A stretch of DNA of 64,000 nt from an uncultured Actinomycetes bacterium. GTDB taxonomy: Bacteria > Actinomycetota > UBA4738 > HRBIN12. The DNA lies in NCBI GenBank assembly GCA_963785835.1, contig CAWAWO010000002.1, positions 228,327 through 292,326 on the forward strand, in the 5' to 3' direction. The notes below the pieces were generated by a model that did no database searches, was not told the DNA's origin, and saw nothing but the letters and a program-made list of their open reading frames with translations. This document shows, in pieces, positions 31,014 to 39,698 of the stretch. Made by a program: the position numbers and the translations under genes. Every line of letters starts with the position of its first letter. Position 1 is the first letter of the stretch.

Positions 31014-32396
31014 GTGGGCGAGCTCCGAGGCAGCGACCTCCGGATCGTCGCCGAACAGCTCGGGCGCGCGCCGACGATCCCGTTCACCGTGGTGGGGCGC
31101 TGTCCCGGCGGTCACCCGCTCGTCACGCGCAACCGGCCGTTCGACGACGACGGCGCGCCGTTCCCCACGCTGTTCTGGCTCACGTGCCCCGACGGGGTTC
31201 GAGCGATCGCCCGTCTGGAATCGGGCGGCGCGATCGCCGAGCTGAACGAGCGGATCGCAACCGATCCGCGATTCGCGTTCGCCGTCGAACGCGCCCACGC
31301 CGAGTACGCGCGCGAACGAGCCCGCGACGACCCGAAGGCGGCGGCGTTCGGAGGCGTGGGCGGAACCCGCACCGGCCTGAAGTGCCTGCACGCGCACTAC
31401 GCCAACCATCTGGCCGGCGGGGACGACGAGGTGGGCGCCTGGGTCGCCGAACGCGTCGAGCCGGTCCACGAGGAGCGTGACGGACGGGTGGCCGCGATCG
31501 ATCAGGGGACGAACTCGATCCGTCTGCTCGTCGCCGAGCCGCTCGACGACGGCGTGTACGAGGATCTCGCGCGCGACATGGTGATCACGAGACTCGGGCA
31601 AGGCGTGGACGAGACCGGCGAGATCGCATCCGGCGCGCTCGCGCGGACGTCCGTCGTGTTGGCGCGGTACGCGCGCCGAGCCCGGGCGCTGCACGTGGAA
31701 CGGCTCCGCGTGGGCGCGACCGCCGTCCTGCGCGACGCGTCGAACGGCGCGGAGTACGAGCGGCTCGTCGAGCAGGCGGGCGCCGAGCTCGAGGTGATCA
31801 GCGGCGAGAAGGAAGCCGAGCTCTCGTTCCGCGGGGCGACGAGCGGGCTGGTAGCCAACCCGCCCTATCTCGTCCTCGACATCGGCGGCGGCTCGACCGA
31901 GTTCGTGCTCGGCTCCGAGCGCCCCGCGACGGCGATCTCCACCCAGATGGGCAGCGTCCGGCTGACCGAGCGGTTCATCGAGCACGATCCGCCGACTTCT
32001 CGCGAGCTGGCGGAGATGGAGAAGGAGGTCGGGGCCATCCTCGACGAGGTCGAGAACGAGGTCCCGGTCGCGGAGGCGCGAACGCTGGTCGCGGTCGCCG
32101 GCACGTCGACCACCGTGCAGGCGATCTCGCTCGACCTGGACTTCTACGATCCCGAGCGGATCCATCGAACCCGGCTGACGATCGCGGAAGCGGAGCGCGC
32201 GTGCGCACGGCTGTCCGAGATGACGACGCCCGAACGTGCCGCGCTCCCGGTGATGGCGCCCGGGCGGGGCGACGTGATCGTGTCGGGCGCGGTCATCCTC
32301 CGCAAGGTGATGCGCCGCTTCGGCTTCGAGGAGGCGGTCGTCTCCGAGACCGACATCCTGGACGGCCTCGTACTGGAGATGCTCGAGGCATCCTGA
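31014..32396 (+). CDS. DUF501 domain fused in frame to Ppx/GppA-family exopolyphosphatase
   Basis: GTG 31014. N-terminal 150 aa: FPTLFWLTCP...GLKCLHAHYANHLAG (DUF501). Then AAIDQGTNSIRLLVAE, LDIGGGSTEF and VAGTSTT (ASKHA/Ppx-GppA). No stop codon lies between the two parts. Confidence 0.8.
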   Translation: MGELRGSDLRIVAEQLGRAPTIPFTVVGRCPGGHPLVTRNRPFDDDGAPFPTLFWLTCPDGVRAIARLESGGAIAELNERIATDPRFAFAVERAHAEYARERARDDPKAAAFGGVGGTRTGLKCLHAHYANHLAGGDDEVGAWVAERVEPVHEERDGRVAAIDQGTNSIRLLVAEPLDDGVYEDLARDMVITRLGQGVDETGEIASGALARTSVVLARYARRARALHVERLRVGATAVLRDASNGAEYERLVEQAGAELEVISGEKEAELSFRGATSGLVANPPYLVLDIGGGSTEFVLGSERPATAISTQMGSVRLTERFIEHDPPTSRELAEMEKEVGAILDEVENEVPVAEARTLVAVAGTSTTVQAISLDLDFYDPERIHRTRLTIAEAERACARLSEMTTPERAALPVMAPGRGDVIVSGAVILRKVMRRFGFEEAVVSETDILDGLVLEMLEAS

Positions 32397-32438
32397 GCGA
32401 CCGCCCAACCGTTCGGTCGTTCGGTAACCTGTGCCGCC

Positions 32439-33311
32439 GTGCCGAAGAGAACCCGCAACCGACAGCTCGCCAGGCAGCATCAGCGACGCCAGGCCGAACG
32501 CATGCAGCACCAGCGCCGCCGTCAGACGCGCACGATCGCGGTCGCGCTCCTGATCGCGTTGGTGGGCTCGCTCGGCGTGTACTTCGCCTTCACCGGTGGG
32601 GACGAGCCGCCGCCGCCGCCCGCCGCCACCGGTGCAACGGGCGAGACCGGGGGTGAGGAGCCGACAGGTCCCACCGGCGAGCCGGGAAGCCAGACGGGTA
32701 CGGTCGACCCCCAGCCGGGTCCGGAGCAGACCGCATGCGGCGGCGAGCAGCCGAAGACCGCGCTCCGTCCCAAACCGCAGTTCGCGGCGCCGGCGCAGGT
32801 GGTCGAGGAAGGCCAGGCCTACGTGGCCGAGTTCCGAACCTCGTGCGGGACGATCGTCGTCGAACTGCTGGCCGATCAGGCTCCCGAGACCGTGAACTCG
32901 TTCGTCTTCCTCGCGCAGAGCGGGTACTTCAACGGGCAGCGGATCCACCGTCTCGACACCTCGATCGACGTGATCCAGGGCGGCGACCCGACGGGAACGG
33001 GTTCGGGCGGGCCCGGGTACTCGATCCCGGACGAGTTGACCGGCGAGGAGGCGTACGGGCCCGGCGTGCTCGCGATGGCGAACGCGGGCCCCGACACGGG
33101 CGGGAGCCAGTTCTTCCTCGTGACGGGGGAGAACGGACATGCGCTCGACGACCAGGGCGCGTGGACGATCTTCGGAACGGTGGTCGAGGGTCTCGACATT
33201 GCGCGAGAGATCCAGGTGCTGCCGATCCAGGACCCCGCGGCTGGGATCGCCGGCCAGCAGCCGACGGAGGCCGTCTATCTCGAGAAGGTCAAGATCCTCG
33301 AGGGTTCGTAG
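32439..33311 (+). CDS. membrane-anchored cyclophilin-type peptidyl-prolyl isomerase
   Basis: Basic N-terminus, TM (IAVALLIALVGSLGVYFAF), Pro/Gly linker, then the cyclophilin core IHRLDTSIDVIQGGDPTGTGSGGPGY and MANAGPDTGGSQFFLV. Confidence 0.9.
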   Translation: MPKRTRNRQLARQHQRRQAERMQHQRRRQTRTIAVALLIALVGSLGVYFAFTGGDEPPPPPAATGATGETGGEEPTGPTGEPGSQTGTVDPQPGPEQTACGGEQPKTALRPKPQFAAPAQVVEEGQAYVAEFRTSCGTIVVELLADQAPETVNSFVFLAQSGYFNGQRIHRLDTSIDVIQGGDPTGTGSGGPGYSIPDELTGEEAYGPGVLAMANAGPDTGGSQFFLVTGENGHALDDQGAWTIFGTVVEGLDIAREIQVLPIQDPAAGIAGQQPTEAVYLEKVKILEGS

Positions 33312-33317
33312 AGCGAC

Positions 33318-33340
33318 ATCGCGACCTCTCCGGTCGCGAT
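33318..33340 (+). terminator. hairpin after cyclophilin gene
   Basis: atcgcgacc tctcc ggtcgcgat (9-bp perfect stem), 7 nt after the TAG; no U tract. Confidence 0.3.
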
Positions 33341-33373
33341 CGAGATGTCGGCAGGTCGGGATATGGTCTGCTG

Positions 33374-34021
33374 ATGTCTCGAAGGACGTATTCGGATGCG
33401 CAACTCGCGGAGGCGGTCCGAACGTCGCGGAACATGCGGCAGATCCTGGTGAAGTTGGGACTGGTTCCAGCCGGAGCCAACTACGAGACTGTTCGAGTCA
33501 GACTGCGAGATCTCAATCTCGACACCAGACACGTCGATCAGGACAAGACTTGGCGCCCACTACGAGCATGCACCGATACTGAGATCCAGGAAGCCGTCGC
33601 CGATTCCCGTTCGCTTGCACAAGCTCTTACCAGATTGGGAGTCAGACATGGAGGCAATCGGGCGCAACTGCGCGCGCGTATCAACGGGATCGGTCTGGAC
33701 ATCTCGCACTTCGTGGGCTCGAGCGGAGGCCGGCGGCCTCTTGTTACTCCCACGCCGCTATCGGAACTGCTCGTGGAGGGTCGACGCTGGAACACGGATC
33801 GACTCAAGAAACGACTGATCGCGGAAGGCGTGAAGAGGCGCGCTTGCGAGATCTGTCGCCGTGATCGATGGAATGGCGGGCCGATTCCTCTTGAACTCGA
33901 TCACGTGGACGGAAAACGGGACGACAATCGGCTGTCGAATCTCCGGATCGTCTGTCCAAACTGTCACGCGCAGACGGCCACGTACCGAGGACTGAACATC
34001 GGGATCACTTCAGCCGTATAG
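33374..34021 (+). CDS. HNH endonuclease with duplicated N-terminal helical modules
   Basis: ATG 33374, 215 aa. C-terminus LELDHVDGKRDDNRLSNLRIVCPNCHAQT (HNH). Two about 50-aa repeats (…AEAVRTSRNMRQILVKLGL…LDTRHV / …QEAVADSRSLAQALTRLGV…LDISHF). Visibly lower GC and A/T-ending codons. Confidence 0.85.
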   Translation: MSRRTYSDAQLAEAVRTSRNMRQILVKLGLVPAGANYETVRVRLRDLNLDTRHVDQDKTWRPLRACTDTEIQEAVADSRSLAQALTRLGVRHGGNRAQLRARINGIGLDISHFVGSSGGRRPLVTPTPLSELLVEGRRWNTDRLKKRLIAEGVKRRACEICRRDRWNGGPIPLELDHVDGKRDDNRLSNLRIVCPNCHAQTATYRGLNIGITSAV

Positions 34022-34029
34022 TGCATCGC

Positions 34030-34117
34030 GCCCGGGTGGCGAAATTCAGGCAGCCGCGAGAGGCTTAAACCCTCTCGGTCCTTCGGGGCCATGTGGGTTC
34101 GAATCCCACCCCGGGCA
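34030..34117 (+). tRNA. tRNA-Leu (anticodon TAA), type II with long variable arm
   Basis: Acceptor gcccggg/cccgggc, anticodon arm agagg-ctTAAac-cctct, variable arm ggtcc-ttcg-gggcc, T arm gtggg-ttcgaat-cccac, discriminator A. Confidence 0.85.
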
Positions 34118-34237
34118 CTGTCTTTCTGGGACGCGCTCCTCAGGCCCTCCCCTAGCCCAGGGGATCCCGCGGGCCGCGATGAGTCCTGCGGCGTCCGGCG
34201 GTCGTACTGTCGAACCCGTTACCGAGGAGGACTTCTG

Positions 34238-34799
34238 GTGCGCAGGCTGACCTATTCGATGAGCGTCTCACTTGACGGATACATCGTCGGGCCGGACGGC
34301 AGCTTCGACTGGGCGATGCCCGACGAGGTCTTTCGCTTCTGGATCGACGAGATACGAGGGGTCGGCGTGCACCTGTTGGGACGACGGCTGTACGAGACGA
34401 TGCTGTACTGGGAGACCGCCGACCAGGATCCGATCGCTCGACGCCGCAGGGCTCGAGTGGGCCGCGCTCTGGAAGCCGCTCCCGAAGGTGGTGTTCTCCA
34501 CCACGCTGTCGGCGGTGCAGGGCAATGCCCGCCTGGCCTCCGGCGGCCTGGCGGAGGAGATCGAGCGGTTGCGAGCCGAGCCGGGCGAGGGCGACATCGC
34601 GATCGGCGGCGCGACTCTCGCCGCCGAGGCGGCCGCGTTGGGTCTGATCGACGAGTACCAGGCCATGGTCTACCCGGTGCTGGTTGGCGGTGGCATTCCG
34701 TTCTTTCCCCAGCGCGAGCGCCGGGTGGATCTCGAACTCGTCGAGACCCGCACCTTCAGCTCGAGGGTCGTCTACCTCCGCTACCGCGTGGCGCGCTAG
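34238..34799 (+). pseudogene. dihydrofolate reductase-like (RibD C-terminal domain) protein, frame break near 34432
   Basis: GAGGAGGA then GTG 34238. VRRLTYSMSVSLDGYIVGPDGSFDWAMPD...LYWETADQDP (frame 2), then SLDAAGLEWAALWKPLPKVVFSTTL...IDEYQAMVYPVLVGGGIPFF (frame 0). Confidence 0.75.
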
Positions 34800-34860
34800 C
34801 CCTGAGCGCCCGGATCGGAGCGGGGTTTTCAGCCGCTTCGGAGATGCAGACCGACCCCAC

Positions 34861-36282
34861 CTATCGGCGTGACCGCCTCGAGACCTCGATCGCGACAGCG
34901 ATCTCAGCGATCCCGGCACGGATGGTCGCCTCAGCTGATTGAGAGTAGCCGAGCAGGAGGGTGGGAGGGCCAGCTGAAGGGCCGGTGAAGAACTCGTCGA
35001 TCGAGCTCATGGCGACGCGACGACGCCGGCACTCTTCGAGGATGGCCTTCTCGTCGTGATCCTCGGGTAGCCGGATCACCGCGTGGAGGCCGGCTGCGAT
35101 CCCGTCGATGGCTGCCTGGGGGGCCTGCTCGGCCAGAGCTCCCAGCAGCGCCTCTCGGCGCCGTCGATACCGGATCCTCATCCTGCGGAGGTGACGGTCA
35201 AGCTCGCCTCGATCGATGAAATCGGCGAGGGCGAACTGCTCGATGCGCGCCGTTCCCCGATCCGCAAGCAGCTTCTCGCGCGCAACGCCTTCAAGCAGCG
35301 GGTGAGGGACGACGAGCCAACCGGTTCGAAGCGCGGGTGCGAGCGTCTTGCTGGTAGATCCCGCGTACACGACGCGCTCAGGGTCCAAGCCCTGGAGGGC
35401 CCCAACGGGGGCTCGATCGTACCGGTACTCCGCGTCGTAGTCGTCCTCGATCGCGATGGCACCGCGACGCCGAAGCCATTCCGTCAAGGCCGCTCGCCGA
35501 TCGGCGGCCAGGACGGCGCCTGTGGGGAATTGATGTGCTGGGGTCACGACGACGGCGTCGACCTTCTTCGAGGCGAGTTCCTCGACCCGAAGTCCTGACG
35601 CGTCCACGGCGATAGGAACGACCTCGAGCCCCGCTCGTGCAGCCACGATCCGTGGCTCGGTGTCGCTCGGGTTCTCGAAGGCGATCCGTCTTGCGCCGGC
35701 GGCGGCCAGCGCCCGGCATACGAGGTTCATGCCCTGCAGGTAACCGGACGTGACGACGATGCGCTCTGGCGATGCGACGACGCCTCGGACGCGGCCAAGG
35801 TACTCAGCCAACGTCGACCGAAGCTGAATGGTCCCTCGCGCATCGCCATACCCGAGATCGGCCGTCGTCATGCTCGAGATGCCTGATCGGACCGAACGGA
35901 GCCAGGCATCCCTTGGGAACGTCGAGACGTCCGGGACACCGAGCCGGAAGTCGAAGCGCACGGTCCGGACGGTCGTCGGCGGCGGCGCGGTTTCACGAGG
36001 GCTGGCCGCCGTTTCCGAGACCCGAGGGCGTGAGCCCTGGCGAACGATGAGATAGCCCTCGGCGCCCAACTGCGCGTAGGCATTGACCACGACGCCACGT
36101 GAGATGCCCAGCTGGCTCGCGAGGTCACGGGTCGAAGGTATCCGGGTCCCCGGTCGGAGGGTCCCACTCCGGATCGCCTGCCGCAGTTGACTCTCGATCT
36201 GGCCGCGGAGCGGTCCACGGTCACCCCGCCTCAACGGGAGGAGCAGCTCGGTCGGGAAACTGGTCTCGTCTATTCGCAGCAT
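34861..36282 (-). CDS. MocR/PdxR-like regulator (GntR HTH fused to PLP-dependent aminotransferase fold)
   Basis: 473 aa. N-terminal GntR-type wHTH (IPSTRDLASQLGISRGVVVNAYAQL), then an aminotransferase class I/II-like domain (YGDARG, STSKTLAPALRTGW). Confidence 0.85.
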   Translation of the reverse strand: MLRIDETSFPTELLLPLRRGDRGPLRGQIESQLRQAIRSGTLRPGTRIPSTRDLASQLGISRGVVVNAYAQLGAEGYLIVRQGSRPRVSETAASPRETAPPPTTVRTVRFDFRLGVPDVSTFPRDAWLRSVRSGISSMTTADLGYGDARGTIQLRSTLAEYLGRVRGVVASPERIVVTSGYLQGMNLVCRALAAAGARRIAFENPSDTEPRIVAARAGLEVVPIAVDASGLRVEELASKKVDAVVVTPAHQFPTGAVLAADRRAALTEWLRRRGAIAIEDDYDAEYRYDRAPVGALQGLDPERVVYAGSTSKTLAPALRTGWLVVPHPLLEGVAREKLLADRGTARIEQFALADFIDRGELDRHLRRMRIRYRRRREALLGALAEQAPQAAIDGIAAGLHAVIRLPEDHDEKAILEECRRRRVAMSSIDEFFTGPSAGPPTLLLGYSQSAEATIRAGIAEIAVAIEVSRRSRR

Positions 36283-36365
36283 ACTGGACCTATCATGTGG
36301 ACCAGTACGATCATACCCTTGGGCTGTGGCGTCAGCCGAAACTCGCGACCACGGCGGCGGTTGAA

Positions 36366-37305
36366 GTGAGCCGGCGGGGCTTGGTCCTGTTCGCCGCGGT
36401 CTCGATCGTCTGGGGCGTTCCCTATCTGTTCATCCGGATCGCCGTCGAATCGGTCTCCCCGGCGTTCGTCGCGTGGAGCCGGGTGACGATCGGCGCGGCG
36501 ATCCTGTTGCCCTTGGCTGTTCAACGCGGCTCGCTTCGGGGCCTATGGTCACGACGCGATTGGCTCGTGGCCTTCGCCGCCCTCGAGATGGCCCTGCCGT
36601 TCTTCCTCATCGCCTGGGGGGAGCGCTTCGTGGCCTCGTCGTTCGCGGCGATCCTCGTCGCCTCGCTACCGATCATCGTGGCAGTGCTCTCGGTACGTTT
36701 CGATCCGGGCGAACAACCGGCGGGCGGCCGGCTGCTCGGACTCGCCCTGGGGATCGTCGGCGTCGTGCTCGTCGTTGGCGTCGACTTCGCGGGCGACGCG
36801 TCGGAGCTTGTGGGCGCCCTCGCCATCTTGACCGCGACCTGCTGCTACGCCGGCGGATCGCTGATCGTGAAGAGACAGCTGTCCGACCTCCAGCCGCTCG
36901 GCCCGGTCGCTGCGGCCCTTGCGCTCAGCTCGCTCATGCTCATGCCCTCGGCCGTCGCGCTCCGGCCCAAGGAGATCCCATCGGCGGATGCGCTCGCTGT
37001 CGATCGGTGTCCTCGGCCTGATGTGCTCGGCGGTCGCACTTCTCCTGTACTTCGCCCTGATCATCGAGGTCGGACCCGGCCGCGCGACGGTGATCGGCTA
37101 CACGACCCCTATCGTGGCCGTCGTCCTCGGGGTCGCGCTGCTCGACGAGCGGCTCACCGTGAGCGCGATCGCGGGCGTGGTGCTCATCCTCGCCGGCTCG
37201 TATCTCGCGACCAGGGATCCTGAGAGCCGCGCGCTCGTACCCGCGCCGCGTGAAGCGCTGATCGAGCCAAGGAATGCCGAGTGTCCAAGCAGCTTTCGCC
37301 AGTAA
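36366..37305 (+). pseudogene. EamA/DMT family transporter, frame break near 36985
   Basis: Divergent from the MocR gene. FAAVSIVWGVPYLFIRIAV... (frame 0) continues as SLSIGVLGLMCSAVALLLYFALI...VLILAGSYLATR (frame 1). Confidence 0.75.
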
Positions 37306-37365
37306 CCGAGGAAAGGAGATCGTCATGACTCACAGATCAACCACCACCGCGGCGGTCGGCACACG

Positions 37366-37998
37366 ATGAACGCCCCCGCCGCGATCACCATCACGCCAGT
37401 CTTCGTTGCCGACCTGCACGTCGAGGGCGAGCGGATGCCGATCTACGTGCACGTCATCGACCATCCCGATGCGCGCGTGCTGGTCGACACCGGCATGACG
37501 GAGCTGCACCCGGCGCTGGCCGACCTCGATCCCCGCCTCCGGCCGCTGAGCACGCAGGACTTCGATCTCGCCGGCATCGACATCGTCGTCAACACACACC
37601 TGCACGGCGACCACTGCGGCGGCAACCACCTCTTCGCCGGCAGGCCGATCTACGTCCAGCGTCGGGAGCTCGACGACGCGCGCAGCGAGGACGACTACAC
37701 GATTCGCGAGTGGGTCGAGGCGCCCGGCGTGCGGTACGAGCCGGTCGACGGCCAGCTCGAGCTGCTTCCCGGGCTCCGACTCGTCCCGGCGCCGGGCCAC
37801 ACGCGCGGCACGCAGGTGGTCGTCGTCGAGACTGCCGGGCGTCCGGTCGTCGTCGGCGGCGACGTGGCGGTTTGGTTCGGCGAGCTCGACGAGCCGCACA
37901 CCGAAGGCCAGCTGCTGGTGCGCGCGCTCGACCCCGAGCTGGTCTGGCTCGCGCACGAGCACGAGCCGTGGAGACTTAGAGGGGTTGACAGGCCATAG
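37366..37998 (+). CDS. MBL-fold metallo-hydrolase (N-acyl homoserine lactonase-like)
   Basis: 210 aa; zinc motif NTHLHGDHCGGN (HxHxDH), a later APGHTRG, and GGD. Confidence 0.8.
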   Translation: MNAPAAITITPVFVADLHVEGERMPIYVHVIDHPDARVLVDTGMTELHPALADLDPRLRPLSTQDFDLAGIDIVVNTHLHGDHCGGNHLFAGRPIYVQRRELDDARSEDDYTIREWVEAPGVRYEPVDGQLELLPGLRLVPAPGHTRGTQVVVVETAGRPVVVGGDVAVWFGELDEPHTEGQLLVRALDPELVWLAHEHEPWRLRGVDRP

Positions 37999-38085
37999 CC
38001 GGTCGGCCGGTGTACAAACGAAAGCGGATCAGGCGTCCACCTCCAGTGATCGACGAACACCAGCTCGGGCGATTCGAAGGTGCGG

Positions 38086-38122
38086 CCTAGATAGACAGTG
38101 CCCGGCCCCGGGCACACGAACC
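38086..38122 (-). repeat. inverted, degenerate copy of the tRNA-Leu 3' end and flank; also an 8-bp palindrome
   Basis: The reverse complement of 38086-38105 (ccgggcactgtctatctagg) matches 34111-34130 (ccgggcactgtctttctggg) at 18 of 20 positions. A further ggttcg resembles the T loop. Core gtgcccgg cc ccgggcac is self-complementary. Confidence 0.5.
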
Positions 38123-38245
38123 AGCCCCCGAGCCGCCTGTCTGACGTCCAAGCGGCCGCCGCGCTGCACCCGCCAGCGGGTACAGGGGAACGCCGTCGAC
38201 GAGCTCGATCGTCCTGCTGCGGTTCGCCTTGCCGATCCTTCACGG

Positions 38246-39079
38246 TCATGCTCGAGAACGTCTCGATCTCTCCCGGGACGCAGACTCGAGGAACGCGGCC
38301 AAGCGCTCGTTGAACGCTCGCGCCTTCCGAACCTGAGGGCCGTGCGTCGCCCCGCTGATGACCGTGCGTTCGGCTTCCATCTGTTCCTCGAGGACGTCGC
38401 AGAGGGCTCGGAACGCCGTGCCACCGATCCGCTTGGCCGTTGTGCTGCACCGGTCCCACCCGCCCGAGACGACGAGCGTGGGGAACGGAGCGGACGCCAG
38501 CGCGTCGAACGGGACCACGGCCTCCCACGGCATCCGTTGGTGCGCCGAGCAGCCGATGGCCCTGATGTCCATCTCGCTCAGGCCGTCGATCATCTCCTCA
38601 CGAGTGACGCCGCGGTCCCGGGGCAGCTCGTAGCCGAACGCCTCGAGGAACGCGACGTGGAAGTCGCCCGGCGCGAGGTCGTCCGCTCGCTCGAAGACCT
38701 GCTCGAGCCTCGTCACCAGTCGTTCGACGGCAGCGTTGCCACGCAGCACACCGAACGCCGGCGGCTCGATCACCGTCATCGACCACACCGACTCGGGCCG
38801 GAGCGCGGCGGCCAGCATCGTCCCCACGCCGCCGTAGGAGTGACCGACGAGGTGAGCCCCGTCTCCGAGCGCCTCCGCGATGTCGCGGGCATCGACCTCG
38901 AAGTCCTCCCCCGCGGCGGGAGGGCTGAGGCCGAACCCCCGTCGGTCGAGCAGCCGGAGCTGATACCGCTCGGCGAGCGGACGCTGCTGGGCCCAGGTCT
39001 CCTCGCCCCAGCTGAAGCTCCCGTGCACCATCAGGACGGGGTCGCCGGTTCCCCACGTGGTGACGTTGAGGTCCGTCAC
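38246..39079 (-). CDS. alpha/beta hydrolase
   Basis: 277 aa; PVLMVHGSFSWGEE, nucleophile elbow LVGHSYGG, late His (GATHGPQ). Confidence 0.85.
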   Translation of the reverse strand: MTDLNVTTWGTGDPVLMVHGSFSWGEETWAQQRPLAERYQLRLLDRRGFGLSPPAAGEDFEVDARDIAEALGDGAHLVGHSYGGVGTMLAAALRPESVWSMTVIEPPAFGVLRGNAAVERLVTRLEQVFERADDLAPGDFHVAFLEAFGYELPRDRGVTREEMIDGLSEMDIRAIGCSAHQRMPWEAVVPFDALASAPFPTLVVSGGWDRCSTTAKRIGGTAFRALCDVLEEQMEAERTVISGATHGPQVRKARAFNERLAAFLESASRERSRRSRA

Positions 39080-39112
39080 CCGCCCAGTCTGACCGGGTGA
39101 GGTGCGGCCGGG

Positions 39113-39631
39113 CTAGGACGCGCGGCGCTTCTTCGCCTCGTCGCTGGCGTCCAGCGCGTCCTTCTTGTTGGGGGCCGCCGAGCCGTGGGCGCGCATCAGG
39201 TTGCGGACCTCGCGAACGCCTCCTACGAACGACACGCGCTCGCCGATCGCGCTGACCTCGTCCTCCGAATCGAGCTCGCCCCGGAGCTCCGCGACGCCGT
39301 CCACGACCGTGAGCGCGATGCGGTCCTTCGGCACGTCGGCCGCGCCGAACACCTGGCTCTGGATCCGCCGGGCGATCTTCGCGTCGTCCGGGTAGGCGTC
39401 GTCCGGGCCGGGCGAGCGGAACTCGCTCATCGCCCCCTGGGCGAGGTTCGACAGGTGTCGCTTCTTGGCCTCGGCGCGCTCGCGCGTCGTCCGGAGCTCG
39501 GACAGGGTCTGGTCGCGCAGGCGCGCCCGCCGGCCGGCTCCCGAGACCGGGTCATACAGGTACGCGATCGCCGCTCCGATGAGGCCGCCCAAGACAAGGC
39601 TCCGGATCCGCATGTGCATCGCCTCCGACAC
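39113..39631 (-). CDS. YtxH-like / BON domain-containing protein
   Basis: N-terminal helix LVLGGLIGAAIAYLYDPVSG. C-terminal BON pattern IALTVVDGVAELRGELDSEDE...VREVRNLM. Confidence 0.75.
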   Translation of the reverse strand: MSEAMHMRIRSLVLGGLIGAAIAYLYDPVSGAGRRARLRDQTLSELRTTRERAEAKKRHLSNLAQGAMSEFRSPGPDDAYPDDAKIARRIQSQVFGAADVPKDRIALTVVDGVAELRGELDSEDEVSAIGERVSFVGGVREVRNLMRAHGSAAPNKKDALDASDEAKKRRAS

Positions 39632-39698
39632 GTCGAGGCCGGCCTCGTGCCGGCCGGATACCTCGGTGGTTCCCGTCGGACGCGTGCCCGAAACGCGC

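Noticed and set aside
34091-34942. 283-aa ORF beginning inside tRNA-Leu
   Set aside because: The first part overlaps the tRNA T arm and acceptor stem. Only codons from GTG 34238 onward resemble a DHFR-like protein, and its C-terminal half is the out-of-frame continuation after a frame break.
34118-38246. Classical tRNA-integrated genomic island or prophage
   Set aside because: No integrase, excisionase, transposase or phage gene is present, and the only repeat of the tRNA end is inverted rather than direct. It is kept as a low-key finding, not called as a mobile element.
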